From: Mytilus edulis
Taxonomy: Eukaryota
DNA length: 64,000 nt
Direction of reading: 5' to 3'
NCBI RefSeq assembly: GCF_963676685.1
Contig: NC_092348.1
Location: 65,596,001-65,660,000 of the forward strand
The notes beneath the pieces were generated by a model. The model ran no database searches, was not told the DNA's origin, and was given only the letters and a program-made list of their open reading frames with translations. The translations under genes and the position numbers were made by a program. Numbering within the stretch: position 1 is the first letter of the stretch; every line of letters starts with the position of its first letter. Positions 39,324-52,748 of the stretch are shown one piece after another.

Positions 39324-42188
39324 TTCGAAAAATTCGAAGTTTTGTAAATAGGAAATTTATAACAATGATTGTGATGTCTCATATTTTCAACCACTGCGGA
39401 ATATGTATTAATACGCAGCCACGAGTATTATGAATTGTAAATAAAGACAACAGTAGTATACCGCTGTTCAAAATTCATAAATCGATAGAGGAAAAACAAA
39501 TCGCTTACGTAAGAATTTCTTATTTGCATACCCAATCCCCACTATCCCCTTTGCATATGCATCCATATATCAGGGATAAGTGAAGAATCAGTTTTACGTT
39601 TTTATGAGACTAAACAATATCTGTATTGGAAAATAGTTGTCGCATTTTGAAATAAACAGTTGAGCTGTATCATGATAACAGCGAACGATCAGAAATAACG
39701 GTCTAACATGCCCTAAAAAACGCATTGTTTTTCATTTAAGTGCAAATAATAATTATCAGGGGTTTAAATGTTGATACAAAAAAACAAATAGAAAGGTGTG
39801 TGTTTGTCAATTCTAATATGACGTTCTTATTAAACTTTGGATACAAAGCCATGTTACAATTCCAATAAATCATGGGCTTCACGTGATTGACATCACAATT
39901 AAAATTTCAACGTCAGATGAATTTTGAAATACGTCGGAGATCAAAATGGACATTTTGTTGGTGTTCATCGATTAAATAAAAACATAAAAGTAAGTTTAAA
40001 TGTGGTTAGTTTTTTTTCGATTTTCTATACCTTTTTTGGTTCTTAATAATGCAACAGTAGTATACCGCTGTTCGAACTTCATAAATCGATTGAGAAAAAA
40101 AAAACAAATCCAGGTTACAAACTAAAACTGAGGGAAACACATCAAGTATAAGGGGAGGACTACGACACAACAGAAACAGAACATTAAAATGTAACACACA
40201 GAAACGAACTATTACATGTATACAAAAATGACCAAAATCAAGATGGCGGCATTTCGAGCGTTAAATATAGGTCCGTTTCAAAGTACAAAAGTTCAAAATA
40301 TTCCTATTAGAAACGAAATAATTCTATTATGACATGCTCTATGCTCATTTTAACATGGTTAAGTATTATATTTGTTAACATTTAATACCTCGCTTATGCT
40401 CGGTAACAATATATTGACAAATATAACGCCTACACAAGTTAAAATTAGCATAGAGCATGGCATGAACGAATTATTTCTTAATGAGATAACTATCAAACAT
40501 CAGAAAGGACGAGAATATAAGCGGATACAGGACACTATACGCCATTCAATAAGGAACAACACCTGTTCCATATTTTAAAGGCCCCGACAGCACAGAATGT
40601 GATACAAGTCAAAAGACTCTGCAATTAACAGATAATTAAAGTAAGAATTTACGACATATGCATGCATTGGTGGTCGAAATAGTTTTTTCTTATGTCTGGT
40701 TAGTGAGTTGATAGAGAACTTAATGATGCCTTTGTTAGGACAAACCATTGAGGTCAACAATATATATGGTCATAGAATCTAGGTTGTAGTTCTCGTCCTT
40801 ACATAAAATTGCGATATAATGTCGGACTACAAGTGAAATAACTGTCTGACTACCTCTTGAGATATACAATATCATATTGATGAAAATCTGCATCCATTTG
40901 AGTATCTAATGAACGTTTTTCTTTTGTTCTAAAACCCCATGAAGTTGTCAAACAATCCTCAAAAATAAGGAAAATGAATATGTAAAACGTAATAGATCAA
41001 AATAAATATTTAACATCTATTTTTTTTTAATTAAGGAGGTAGAGCGGGTTGTAAAATTCAGAATAACAGCTTTAATTTGCCAATTTACTACAATGAGGAG
41101 TTATGGTATGAAAAGCAAAGAGACGACTATTAATTAGAGACCAAACAACAGGGAAGTATATAAGTTACCGTACAGGCCTCACCAATGACCAATATATTGT
41201 ATAATTACAATGTATATGTTCCGGACCATAGTAGTATTTGGATCATATGCGTATAGCCATGAGCATATGCGTATACACACTGTATACTCATATGATCTGG
41301 ATATTTAATACGATAAGCGTTTATCAGTTACCTTTACAATTAATTGCACCCTTCAATATGTCATAAAATTAAGAAGTTTGAAAAGTGAAATCTGAATAAT
41401 CAATTAAAAAAAAATGATTATCATTGTTACATGATTAATAGAATAAATAAAATATTTTATTAAGGGGTAAAAATTATAATAAATGATTGATGTTTCCTCA
41501 CAAAACACAATATATCGACATCGCCTATAACTTAAAAAATATCTAAATGAACCGTCTAACAAGAAATCAACTGTTATCTTTCATAAGCAGTTATGTCATT
41601 GAACTCTATTTTTATTGCTTTTTTTGTGTTTCAATTATTTTCATGTAATTTTTAGTTCAATGAAATAAATATATTATGCTACTTTTGTAATTATACAAGT
41701 ATACAGTTACAGTAGTTTAAATGTGCTGCCCCTATTCTTTTCTTGAAAATAATTTGTAAAAATAAAAACTTGAACATATTTGTAAAGTGTAAACAATTGA
41801 AAATTAAAAAGAAATAAAATAAAAACTAATCTTAACTCAAATAAAACCCCACACACACCAAACGACAGGATGAATTTGCCGAAAGCGTAAAGAAGCTTCA
41901 AATTGACTATAGCTAAAGAAAGGCATCAGTTATACTTAGATTCAGACAATAGATCAAATATATAGGGATTTATATAAAAACAAAAGTAAAATCACAAAAA
42001 TATCGAACTCCGTTGAAAATTCGAACGAAAAGTCCGTAATCAAATGGCAAAATCAAAACCTCAAACACATTAATGGGCAACAACTGTCATATTCCTGACT
42101 TGGCACAGACTTGTCTCGTGTAGAAAAAAATAGAATAAGCCGTGTTCCTATGAAGAAGTTAGAAAAATATCAATATGTTCTAAATATG

Positions 42189-43440
42189 CTTTATACAAAA
42201 CAAAACATAGAATATATATTTATTAAGATATAATAAACTAAGATACATACTACATGATATACATACAATAAAATAAAACATCAATTGGCGTTTAGCCGTC
42301 TCGGTTGCTGTCACAGTGATTGATTAATTCCCAAGCTTGAGAATCATATCAATCAGAAGATCTGAGTTCATGCTTGAACTTATGAATAACGATAGGACAC
42401 TAACTTTAAGTTCATGCTTGAACTTACGGCTGGACCTGTTCTTGTTAATGACTACAAGCCTGTAGATAAAAAAAAACGTCAGTGATAGAAGTCCATGCAT
42501 TGACTGACGTCAGGACTGACTTAGAACAGGGATCTGTTGTAAGTTAGTGTCCGGAAACTTCTAGCATATGTCTGGTCTATTTAAAATTTAACCAAATTAC
42601 TGCTTGAAGTCCCATTAAATGTGACAAGCAACTTATACAACAATAACTCTGCATCAAATTTGGGGAAATTGAGTTAATAATTACGAAAATATGCTGACCT
42701 TAAAGAAATTATATACCGAGACAGCAATTTAATAGTACATTATAAATTTCTAAATATAATGAAACAATGGTGGTGGTGGGGAAGATGGTGGTTAGTCTAT
42801 ATAGAATCGACCACACTACTCCATTGCAAATTAATAATGGCATAGGTAACATGCTATATGACTTCACTCTTCATGCATGAGGCACCATAAGGTGCATGTG
42901 AAAAATAGTTTTGTGTGTATAAAACCAATTTATTTAGGTGAACCTATATAAATAACCCTTTATACAAAGCAAAACATAGAATATATATTTATTAAGATAT
43001 AATAAACTAAGATACATACTACATGATATACATACAATAAAATAAACATCATTTGGCGTTTAGCCGTCTCGGTTGCTGTCACAGTGATTGATTAATTCCC
43101 AAGCTTGAGAATTATATCAATCTGAAGATCTGAGTTCATGCTTGAACTTCTGAATAACGATAGGACACTAACTTTAAGTTCATGCTTGAACTTACTGCTG
43201 GACCTGTTCTTGTTTATGACTACAAGCATGTAGATAGAAAAACGTCAGTGATAGAAGTCCATGCATGGACTGACGTCAGGACTGACTTAAAACAGGGATC
43301 TGTTGTTAGTTAGTGTCTGGTCTATTTTAAATTTAACCAAATTACTGCTATAAGTCCCATTAACTGTGACAAGCAACTTAACAATAACTCTGCATCAAAT
43401 TTGGGGAAAATGAGTTAATAATAACGAAAATATGCCAAAT
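42189..43440. repeat. Local direct duplication of about 500 bp (42189-42695 and 42958-43436)
   Basis: Two near-identical blocks separated by about 260 bp of unique sequence. Single copy in the paralogue at about 57527-58015. Confidence 0.9.
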
Positions 43441-43974
43441 ACAGTTGATGACTGGTATTTAAAGGAGACAACTGAACCCAAAATGAAGTTGGTTACTGTA
43501 AATTCAAAATCTACTGAGTGCGTATGGCAATGATAAATTTCGCATTTAATAAATGATACTATATCTTTCTACAGATTTTCTGAAATAGCAATGATAAATG
43601 CACGCATCAATTGCTGAATTTACAGTATCTTTTGAACAAATATTTGTAACTATATTAATATATCTCAATATGTGAATTGATATACAAATGTACTTTATAT
43701 CAGATGCGAATAGATAAATAGCAATTAAAACGTCCATTACTAATCGTGTATCAGTATGTAACTCCGACGTGCTGGAAAACATTGTAAAATTTTAGTGATG
43801 AGCGCAAGTGTTCTGATTAACTAGCAGGCATTCCCAACTACAAGAATGTGAAGATGCTGTGATAAAATGAAAAGTTCACAAAGCAAAAACATTCACTACA
43901 ATACTGTTGTTTAAAATCTAAATAATAATAAACGATGGTTTCTGTAAATGCCAATAAAAATAATAAGATTTAAT

Positions 43975-44120
43975 TTCATTTAAAATGTCAAAATATAGTG
44001 TTAGGCTATGGAATGTATTCGACACGCTATTTCAAAATTAAAAATATTGATCAATCCATGATATAAAATATAAAGAAGATACTGCATAAACGCTAACACA
44101 AATTCCTTGAAGTCAGTAAG
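43975..44120 (+). promoter_or_regulatory. Core promoter (TATAAA 44069-44074) and non-coding exon 1 of copy B
   Basis: Paralogous to 26100-26246; donor AAG|GTAAAA at 44121. Confidence 0.65.
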
Positions 44121-44221
44121 GTAAAAAGTAAAATGTTTTTATGTTCTTTTGTGCATAGTCATGTTATTTTGATCTGTTATATTTTGAACTATTATATGAT
44201 TACTTGTACTCTATTTTCAGA

Positions 44222-46893
44222 ATGTCCACATACAGCTTTGCCACCGTTATTGTTGTCTTGGTAGTCAGTACTTATGGACATGATTGCACAAAATACAGCC
44301 TGACGCCATCAGACCAGTCTCTTATTGATATGATGAAGCATTACTTGCATACATCACGGAAGGCGGACTGTCCAGTAACACATACACAACAAGGTAAGTC
44401 TTTGTAGTCTGTGTTTACGGACATGATTGTACAAAATACAGCCTTACACCATCAGACCAGTCTATTATTGATATGATGAAGCATTACTTGCATACATCAC
44501 GGAAGGCGGACTGTCCTGTAACACCTTCAAAACAGGGTAAGTCTTTGTAGTCAGTACTTATGGCCATAATTGTACAAAATACAGCCTTACACCATCAGAC
44601 CAGTCTATTATTGATATGATGAAGCATTACTTGCATACATCACGGAAGGCGGACTGTCCTGTAACACCTTCAAAACAGGGCAAGTCTTTGTAGTCAGTAC
44701 TTATGGCCATAATTGTACAAAATACAGCCTTACACTATCAGACCAGTCTATTATTGATATAATGAAGCATTACTTGCATACATCACGGAAGGCGGACTGT
44801 CCTGTAACACCTTCAAAACAGGGTAAGTCTTTGTAGTCAGTACTTATGGCCATAATTGTACAAAATACAGCCTTACACCATCAGACCAGTCTATTATTGA
44901 TATGATGAAGCATTACTTGCATACATCACGGAAGGCGAACTGTCCTGTAACACCTTCAAAACAGGGTAAGTCTTTGTAGTCAGTACTTATGGCCATAATT
45001 GTACAAAATACAGCCTTACACCATCAGACCAGTCTATTATTGATATGATGAAGCATTACTTGCATACATCACGGAAGGCGGACTGTCCTGTAACACCTTC
45101 ACAACAAGGTAAGAAAAAAAAGTAGAAAAATATACAAATCAAGGTAACAAGAAAAAAAATCGAACTCGGAGTCCAATCAAAATCAAATTACGGAACGATT
45201 GAAAAACAACTGCTATATCGAATAAACAGAGATTCAGAGATAAATGATGTGTCGACAAGATAAGACTTTCCTGTTATGCATGTATCACCCACAGTACAAA
45301 TTCATACTCAGTCAAACTCTCATCATTAGAAATTTAAAAGAGACACAACTGATAAAGTTACAGATCAGACGAATAGATCGCAGAAAAATAAAATATTCTT
45401 TCTAATCAAACTATTGGGTGTGATTATATAAATTAGTTTGCTTTTGTTGAATTTATATATAAATGTTTAAAGAAAAGAAACTTGTAATTTATTTATGAAA
45501 ATGAGTATTCAAGTGATTATATCCTCACCAAAATGTTTTTACCAATTGAACTTGCATTAAATCATAAATATAAACGGGTGCCAAAGGCAAAAACGTTAAA
45601 GGACCAAGCTTCTCCAGTAATTCATATTCAATACAGTTTCGTACTGTAAGTAAATGTTTTGCTTTGTATATTTGAGATATTGGTGTGACATATGTCAGAT
45701 GGGGAAAGAAAACTTGTCCTGAAAATTCGGAAATTGTGTATACAGGTATGTTGTTTTCATTATTATCATCATTTACGTAAATCAGAGAATTACTACACAT
45801 TGAATGAAGCGCTAGACTGTAAAGGACAGTTTTTCTTGCTTACTACAGTTTTCTTTTCTTTTCTTTTCATAAACATATAGTTCTGTACTTTTGAAGTAAT
45901 TTTTTTACCAGTAATGTACACTCATATATATTTTAGGTATATTAAAAGAGAAGTTTTTAAAAAGAACAAGAATAGCTAATGCTTGTGAAACAATCTGAAA
46001 CACAGTTTTAAAGTCGAACTTAAAATACTCTACTTCTTGCATGTTAATAAATTAAACAATTTAAACACTGGTTTGTGATATCTTTGTCATTGTAACGTAC
46101 AGACAAGTAATTTGAATAATGAAATTTGATATTTTAAATAAGATAATCATCTTAAACTTCTTCAGGGCAGGCTGGAGGTAACTATTATAAGAACAAAGGG
46201 GGTGGTTCCAACTATCTCTGTTTACCCAGAGATCCTGAAAATGGAAAAGCATACTCCTATGGAAATAATGTACTATATGGTGCCGAGTATGAGATACATT
46301 CAAGGTCGTCTAAACCATCCGGTTTGTCTGCCAGTTTGGGCGAAAAAGAGGTTCCATGTGCAGTATGCAGGAGGAATGGGAAAGTTTCTGTTTTAATGAT
46401 ACCAGGTAGTTTCATTATTAATATTTGTTTACACCATTATTTGGAAAAGAATAATAAATATTTTATAAAATAATGGGTACATTATTTAGTTACATTGTCA
46501 CATAATATTGTTGATTATAAGGTTCAACATGAAATAATCTTGAATGCTACGGCTTAACATAATGTTCTGTATAATCACAATCATTATTTCCAATTATAAA
46601 GTAATAACTCGTTTTAATATAGAAACTGCATATTTTTACATTTGTTTTATTTAGGAAAAAAGTCCTGTTACAAAGGATGGCAATCCGAGTACAATGGCTT
46701 CTTGATGAGTGAAAATATAGGACATAACATTAAAGAATATATCTGTATGGACGGAGAGGCGGAACCATTGGACAATCGATCCTCCAACGAGGATGGTGCT
46801 TTGTTTTATCCTGTCAGAGCAAAATGTGGAAGTCTGAGATGTCCCCCATACAAAGATAATACTGAAGTGCATTGTACAGTTTGTACAAAATAA
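44222..46893 (+). CDS. Secreted short-chain collagen C4 (NC1-like) domain protein, copy B, about 239 aa, intact
   Basis: Exons 44222-44393, 45677-45745, 46166-46405 and 46655-46893, with GT-AG phase-1 introns and an open frame throughout. Same motifs as copy A. Confidence 0.9.
44261..45113 (+). repeat. Six tandem 143-bp copies of the 3' part of the first coding exon plus splice donor of copy B
   Basis: Units start at 44261, 44404, 44547, 44690, 44833 and 44976. Each encodes (V)STYGH[DN]CTKYSLTPSDQS..KADCPVTPSKQ or a close variant and ends in G|GTAAG (one unit G|GCAAG). Confidence 0.97.
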
Positions 46894-48783
46894 AATATAT
46901 AACGTTCTTGTTTTTTCACTTAATTAATATCTAAGAGTTTTTGACAAATAGTATTCAACAAGAGTATTGGACAAATAGTATTCAACAGTCCTTGACATGT
47001 AAAATAAAAAACAAGTTTCTTTATCATATGATATAATTTTGAGCTGTCCAGTTTCTTTATATTGAGGATAACAAGTTATGATTCTTCTTTTTATGCGAGT
47101 AGCTCGGCCAGCCATTTCAAGTTGTTCTTGTTATTGACCTTGTGTATGTAGTGAAGTAAAAAATTACTGTTCTCATTTTAAAATAATGGATTCAATATTA
47201 CATATTCGTTATGCCTTCCGTTATCTATTTATTAGAACTCATACTAATGACGTAATAATGAATATTACACTTTATACATTCCATGTTCCCAAACCGCGGA
47301 ACTGATTCGCTCAAACCCTAGCAGCTTTCATTTGAAAGCCAGGAATAGATGAATATGTCGAAACTTTATGAGCTATACGACCAAAAGTTATATAAAAAAT
47401 TGTAAAATTCGGCTATGGTCAACAATACCTGCGGGAGTTGTAAATATCTTTATTCAAGGTAGAATTTAGCAAAAACATGTTATAATTCCTTTCTGTACCA
47501 ACGTTAACGCACTGAATACTGAGCTTATTAAACTATTATAGCTGATCGAGGATTTACATTCAAACAGTAGAGTTATCTACCAAGTAATACAACTTAATCA
47601 CAATCTTTATATCTGAACCGTGAATAAATAGATGGTTTTCTTCTTTGTTTACAATCTCTATAGAAATTTAGAGGTGATTACGTCTCCTAAAATCTTTCAG
47701 TACCTTATTATAATCGATTTGTCTTCCTTTGTCACTTTCGTTAAAGTGTCCGAAACAAAAGGTATTCCTTACTCGATTCAAATGTGAGTTATACAAATCG
47801 GAGATTTAGGAGGGAAAACGCCTATTGCTTCTTGAATTAATAGGTCAAGGTTATTATAAAAAATAAAATTGTGTTTAGTAAAACTCTGAATGGTTTCTTG
47901 AGTTAAATCGATATGAAACTAATATATATGGAAGATATAGGAAGTGAAAAGAAGTCTACTGGTTTCGTTTGGTGTATTGTCAAAAGTTGAGGTCACTATC
48001 ACTTAATATAGAAAATTGGAAAAACTTTGTAAGGATGGTCATTTGATCTTTTCTTGCATTATCAGAATACTCTAACACAAACGGAAGCTGAAGCCTAATG
48101 ATTTTGTAATCAACATATGTCAAAGGTCAAGGTCAATTTTTCTAAAATTAAGAGGTCAATTTCTGGATGGTATCAAAATATGAATTATACAGATGAAAAA
48201 TAAGCAATAGTAGCACACGTTTATTTGAAATGTACTTCTATTTTGAAACTTTGAAATAAAAATGTTTCTCATTGAATTCGCAGTTTGTGGAGCAAGTCTT
48301 TTTTGCAGCGACAGAATTTTACTTTGTTGTCATATGTTTTTATAAATTCATTACGAAAAACAGACTTATATTTGTGCACGCCAGACTCACGCTACATAAA
48401 CATATACAAAAGACTTATTTTTGACGCTCGAATTAAAAAGGTTTAAAAGGCAAAAAATGTTTGACGTTGACGAGCATTGTGGACTCTATTTTCCAAAAGG
48501 TTTTTCCATACATAGCTCATGTTATTTATCCCTAAAATAGAAAATCCTTGGTATTTCGACAAATTCAAAGAAAGCTTACTAGACTAAAATAATAATTTTA
48601 CTAGATTGAAACAGTCTCATTCAGGCAAATGACTTCACTATTCTCGATAAAAAAAAATTGAAGAGTTTTGGAGAAAAAAAGACAAAAATGACCATTCGAA
48701 ATAGACATGGCGATGTAGCGCGATTAAGCTTAAAATGTATTACAATTTTGTTTGTACACTACAAATCCTATAAACAGTACCGA

Positions 48784-48836
48784 TTTTACTGCGCCATAGA
48801 TACATTTCGACCATTAATGTCTCTTCAGTGATTCTC
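48784..48836 (-). ncRNA. Degenerate hammerhead motif of a second family (duplicated at about 61970-62020)
   Basis: CA-CTGAAGA-GAC(ATTAATG)GTC-GAAA on the minus strand. Stem III and the cleavage region are decayed. Confidence 0.45.
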
Positions 48837-49894
48837 GAAGTCAAAACATTTGAAAATCTGAATCTAAATACAAACATTGAATAGCCGATCTACCAAAATG
48901 GTCTAAAGGAGTACGGGCTATAATGACATAAAATGGCTCTAGATTTACAAAATCATAAAAATTCAAAAAGAGCTAATTTTTCTCAAAAAAATATTAGAAT
49001 ATGAGACAATGATTATAACTAAATGTTTTTATCTATAAAAAAAAAAGTGTTATGACGTCACAATGGTAGATGCAAAAGAAGTCATAATCAGAAATATAAG
49101 CAAAAATATAGAATTTGGAAAGGTTATGCTACATTTTGACCACCGCACCATCCTTGCACCAATTAGAAATTTTAAGATAAAAAAATGTTTTGGGTGCAAG
49201 GTTGAAGCGAAAGTTTATTTTAAATTTTTCAGTGTCAGGGAAGCAATAAAAAGCTGAAATTTGCCGTCAACATTAGACGTATTCCTTTGGCAAAGTTTAA
49301 TTTATACGTTCTTATGATTCCAGATCCATGTATTTAGTTTTGATATTATATTTGTTATTCTCGTGGGACTTTGTCTGCTGCTTGGTCCGTTTCTGTGTGT
49401 GTTACATTGTAGTGTTGTTTCGTTGTTCTCTTATATTTAATGCGTTTCCCTAAGTTTTAGTTTGTTACTCCGATTTTGTTTTTTGTCCATGGATTTATGA
49501 GTTTGAACAGCGGTATACTACTGTTGCCTTTATTTATGCTTATACGAATTTTACCTTTTTGCCTATGAATCAGTAACATGAATTTCTTATTTTATTTTTG
49601 TAAGCATACCTAGTTTTACTTTAAAAAAAAACCAACCGAAAGCAATGAACTACATATTGTCAGGGAGTAAACAAAAACTTTGAGGATCATTTTCATTTAA
49701 TATGAAATTTTAATAGACATGCAAAATATCAAGTTCTGTACATTCTAATATTTCTGCTAATTTCAATTCAAAAATCTTGTGTTTGAATGAGGCAATCTTC
49801 TGGTATAAGAGTCGGTTCCATGATTTGTGTAAGAAAAAAAGAGGGGGATGGAAGTAATTCCAGAAAACAAAGTATACCGAATTTAAGAGATTCA

Positions 49895-51450
49895 TTTTTA
49901 GCTCACCTTTCCAAAAGGAAATGTGAGCTTTTGCCATCACTTGGCGTCCGTCGTCGTCCGTCCGTCGTCGTCGTCCGTCCGTCGTCGTCGTCCGTCCGTC
50001 GTAAACTATTTCAAAGATCTTCTCCTCTAAAACTACTAAACCAATTCAAACCAAACTTCATCTGATTGATTCCTAGGGTATCTAGAATAAAGTTTGTGTT
50101 TTAATTTCCATTTCATCAAAACACATGGCCGCCATGGCTAAAAATAGAACATAGGGGTAAAATAAAGTTTTTAGCTTATAACTCAAAAACCAAAGCATTT
50201 AGAGCAATCTGACACGAGGTAAAATTGTTTATCAGGTCAAGATCTATCTGCCCTGAAATTTTCAGAAGAATCGGACAACCCGTTGTAAGGTTGCTGCCCC
50301 AGAATTGGTAATTTTAAGGAAATTTTGCTGTTTTTGGTTATTATCATGAATATTATTATAGATAGAGGTAAACTGTAAACAGCAAAAATGTTCAGCAAAG
50401 TAAGATTTACAAATAAGTCAACATGATCGAAATCGTCAGTTGATCCCTTTAGGAGTTATGGACCTTTATAGTTATTTTTTAACCATTTTCCGTAAATCTT
50501 AGTTATCTGTTACAAAAATCTTCTCCTCTGAAACTACTTGGCCAAATTGAACCAAACTTGGCAACAATCATCATTGGGGTAACTATTTTAAAATTGTGTC
50601 CGGTGACCCGGCCAACCAACCAAGATGGCCACCATGGCTAAAAATAGAACATAGGGGTAAAATCATTTTTTGGCTTATAACTCAAAAACCAAAGCATTTA
50701 GTGCAAATCTGACATGAGGTTAAATAGTTTATCAGGTCAAGATCTATCTGCCCTGAACTTTTCAGATGAATCAGACAACCGATTGTTAGGTTGCTGCCTC
50801 TGAATTGGTTATTTTAAGAAAATTTTGCTGTTTTTGGTTATTATCATGAATATTATTATAGATAGAGATAAACTGTAAACAGCAAAAATGTTCAGCAAAG
50901 TAAGATTTACAAATAAGTCAACATAATCGAAATGGTCAGTTGACCCCTTTAGGAGTTATGGCCCTTTATAGTCAATTTTTAACCATTTTCCGTTAATCTT
51001 AGTTATCTTTTACAAAAATCTTCTCCTCTGAAACTACTTGGCCAAATTTAACCAAACATGGCCAAAATCATTATTAGGGTATTTAGTTTGAAAATTGTGT
51101 CTGTTGACCCGGCTAACCAACAAAGATGGCCGCCATGGCTAAAAATAGAACATAGGGGTAAAACGCAGTTTTTAGCTTATAACTCAAAAACCAAAGCATT
51201 TAGAGCAAATCTGAAATGGGGTAATGCTTGGGGTATACAATGTTTTTTTTTATACTTTCATCATAAATTATATTATGAACACGAGACAAACGAGACATTT
51301 CAGTGTGTCCACTCTTGTTTTTGCTTTTGAAGAAGATATGACAGAATCGAAGAACCATTTATATCAATTGAAAACCCAAAATAATCATTGATGGAAGATT
51401 TAAGCAAGAAATTTAATGTGAGCGATTCAGGCTCTTGAGAGCCTCTTGTT
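49895..51450 (+). mobile_element. Non-autonomous Helentron-type element (HINE) with internal repeats of about 500 bp
   Basis: TTTTTAGCTCACC..GTGAGC inverted end, a (GTC/GTCC)n microsatellite, about 2.3 internal repeats (50134, 50634, 51135), and a terminal GAGCG..AGGCTCTTGAGAGCCT hairpin followed by CTTGTT. Confidence 0.85.
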
Positions 51451-51506
51451 CTTAAATGTACATGATTTGTGAAAAACATGAGATATATTTTGAAATGATA
51501 CCACCC

Positions 51507-52280
51507 ATTTTAGCTCATTAGGCCCAAAAGGCCAAGTGAGCTTTTCTCATCACTTGGCGTCCTTCCTCGTCCGTTGTCCGTCGTCTGTTGTCCGTCCTCC
51601 GGTAACTTTTACAAAAATCTTCTCCTCTGAAACTACTTGGCCAAATTTAACCAAACTTGGTTGCAGTCATCACTAAGGTGTCTTGTTAAAATATGTGTCC
51701 GATGGCCCCGCCTGCCAACCAAGATGGCCGACATGTCAAAAAAATAAAAATAGGGGTAAAATGTAGTTTTTGGCTGATATCTCTGAAACCAAATTCTTAA
51801 GAGAAAATCCGAAAGGATTAAAAATGTTCATTACGTTAAGATCTATCAGCTCTAAAATTTTCAGATGAATCAGACAACCCGTTGTTGGGTTGCTGCCCCT
51901 TAATTGGTAATTTTAAGAACATTTTGCAATTTTCGGTTATTATCTTGAATATTATTATATAGAGATAAACTGTAAACAGCAATAATGTCCAGCAAAGTTA
52001 GATCTACATGACCAAAATTGTCAGTTGACCCCTTAAAGAATTATTGCCCTTTATAGTAAATTTTAAAAATCAAATTACAAAAATGTTTATTGTTGAAATT
52101 GATGGGCCAAGTTATTTTAGATAGAGATAAATGTAAGCAGAAAGAATGTTCAGTAAAGTTAGATTTACACAAACTCATCACCATCACTAAAACACAATAT
52201 TGTCATGAATTCATGTGTGGCCTTTGTTTATTATGCACATAGACCAAGTGGGCGACACATGTGCTTTAGAGCCTCTAGTT
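51507..52280 (+). mobile_element. Second HINE of a related subfamily
   Basis: Same architecture with one internal repeat; ends GAGCCTCTAGTT. Confidence 0.8.
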
Positions 52281-52680
52281 TCGAATTTGATATGTCTTTT
52301 TGGTAATAGGCATGAGAACAAGTTTCATTACAATTGGTTGTGACAAAGGAAAGTAACAGAACGGTGTTTTATTTTAACTTGTAAAGGAACATTACTCCAG
52401 AACAGTGAAAGTATAACCACCCGAGTTCTGCCTTGATCTGTGTTTGGTTGTTAAAAGGGTTGATGAATGTGTTTTAATTTTAAAATATTACATAGGGGCA
52501 AAGTAAAGTTAGAGAACGGAAACCAATTTCGGAAACTAAGAATGTACATGGGTAAACCGTAATGACCAAAGTTTTTTTTTCACACAAATTCATATTTGTT
52601 TCCATTCACGTTCAAATTCTTTCAAGTTCCAACCAAACAAAATTGCACGCTGGGTCTGTTCCAAAGGATTTTTGTTCTAG

Positions 52681-52748
52681 TCTATCCATTAAAAGGTCGA
52701 CTATCCATATATATATATATATGGATAGTCGACCTTCCCATGGATAGA
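52681..52748. repeat. Palindrome centred on (TA)n
   Basis: AAGGTCGACTATCCA(TA)nTGGATAGTCGACCTT with an outer TCTATCCAT/ATGGATAGA pair. Confidence 0.9.

Noticed and set aside
44261-45113. CRISPR-like appearance of regular repeats (also 17995-18712 and 33564-34303)
   Set aside because: Head-to-tail repeats with no unique spacers, no cas genes, and a eukaryotic context.
46924-47115. Identical 63-aa ORF at 46924 and 60090, and other paired ORFs
   Set aside because: Identity reflects the recent segmental duplication of 3' flanking DNA, not protein conservation.
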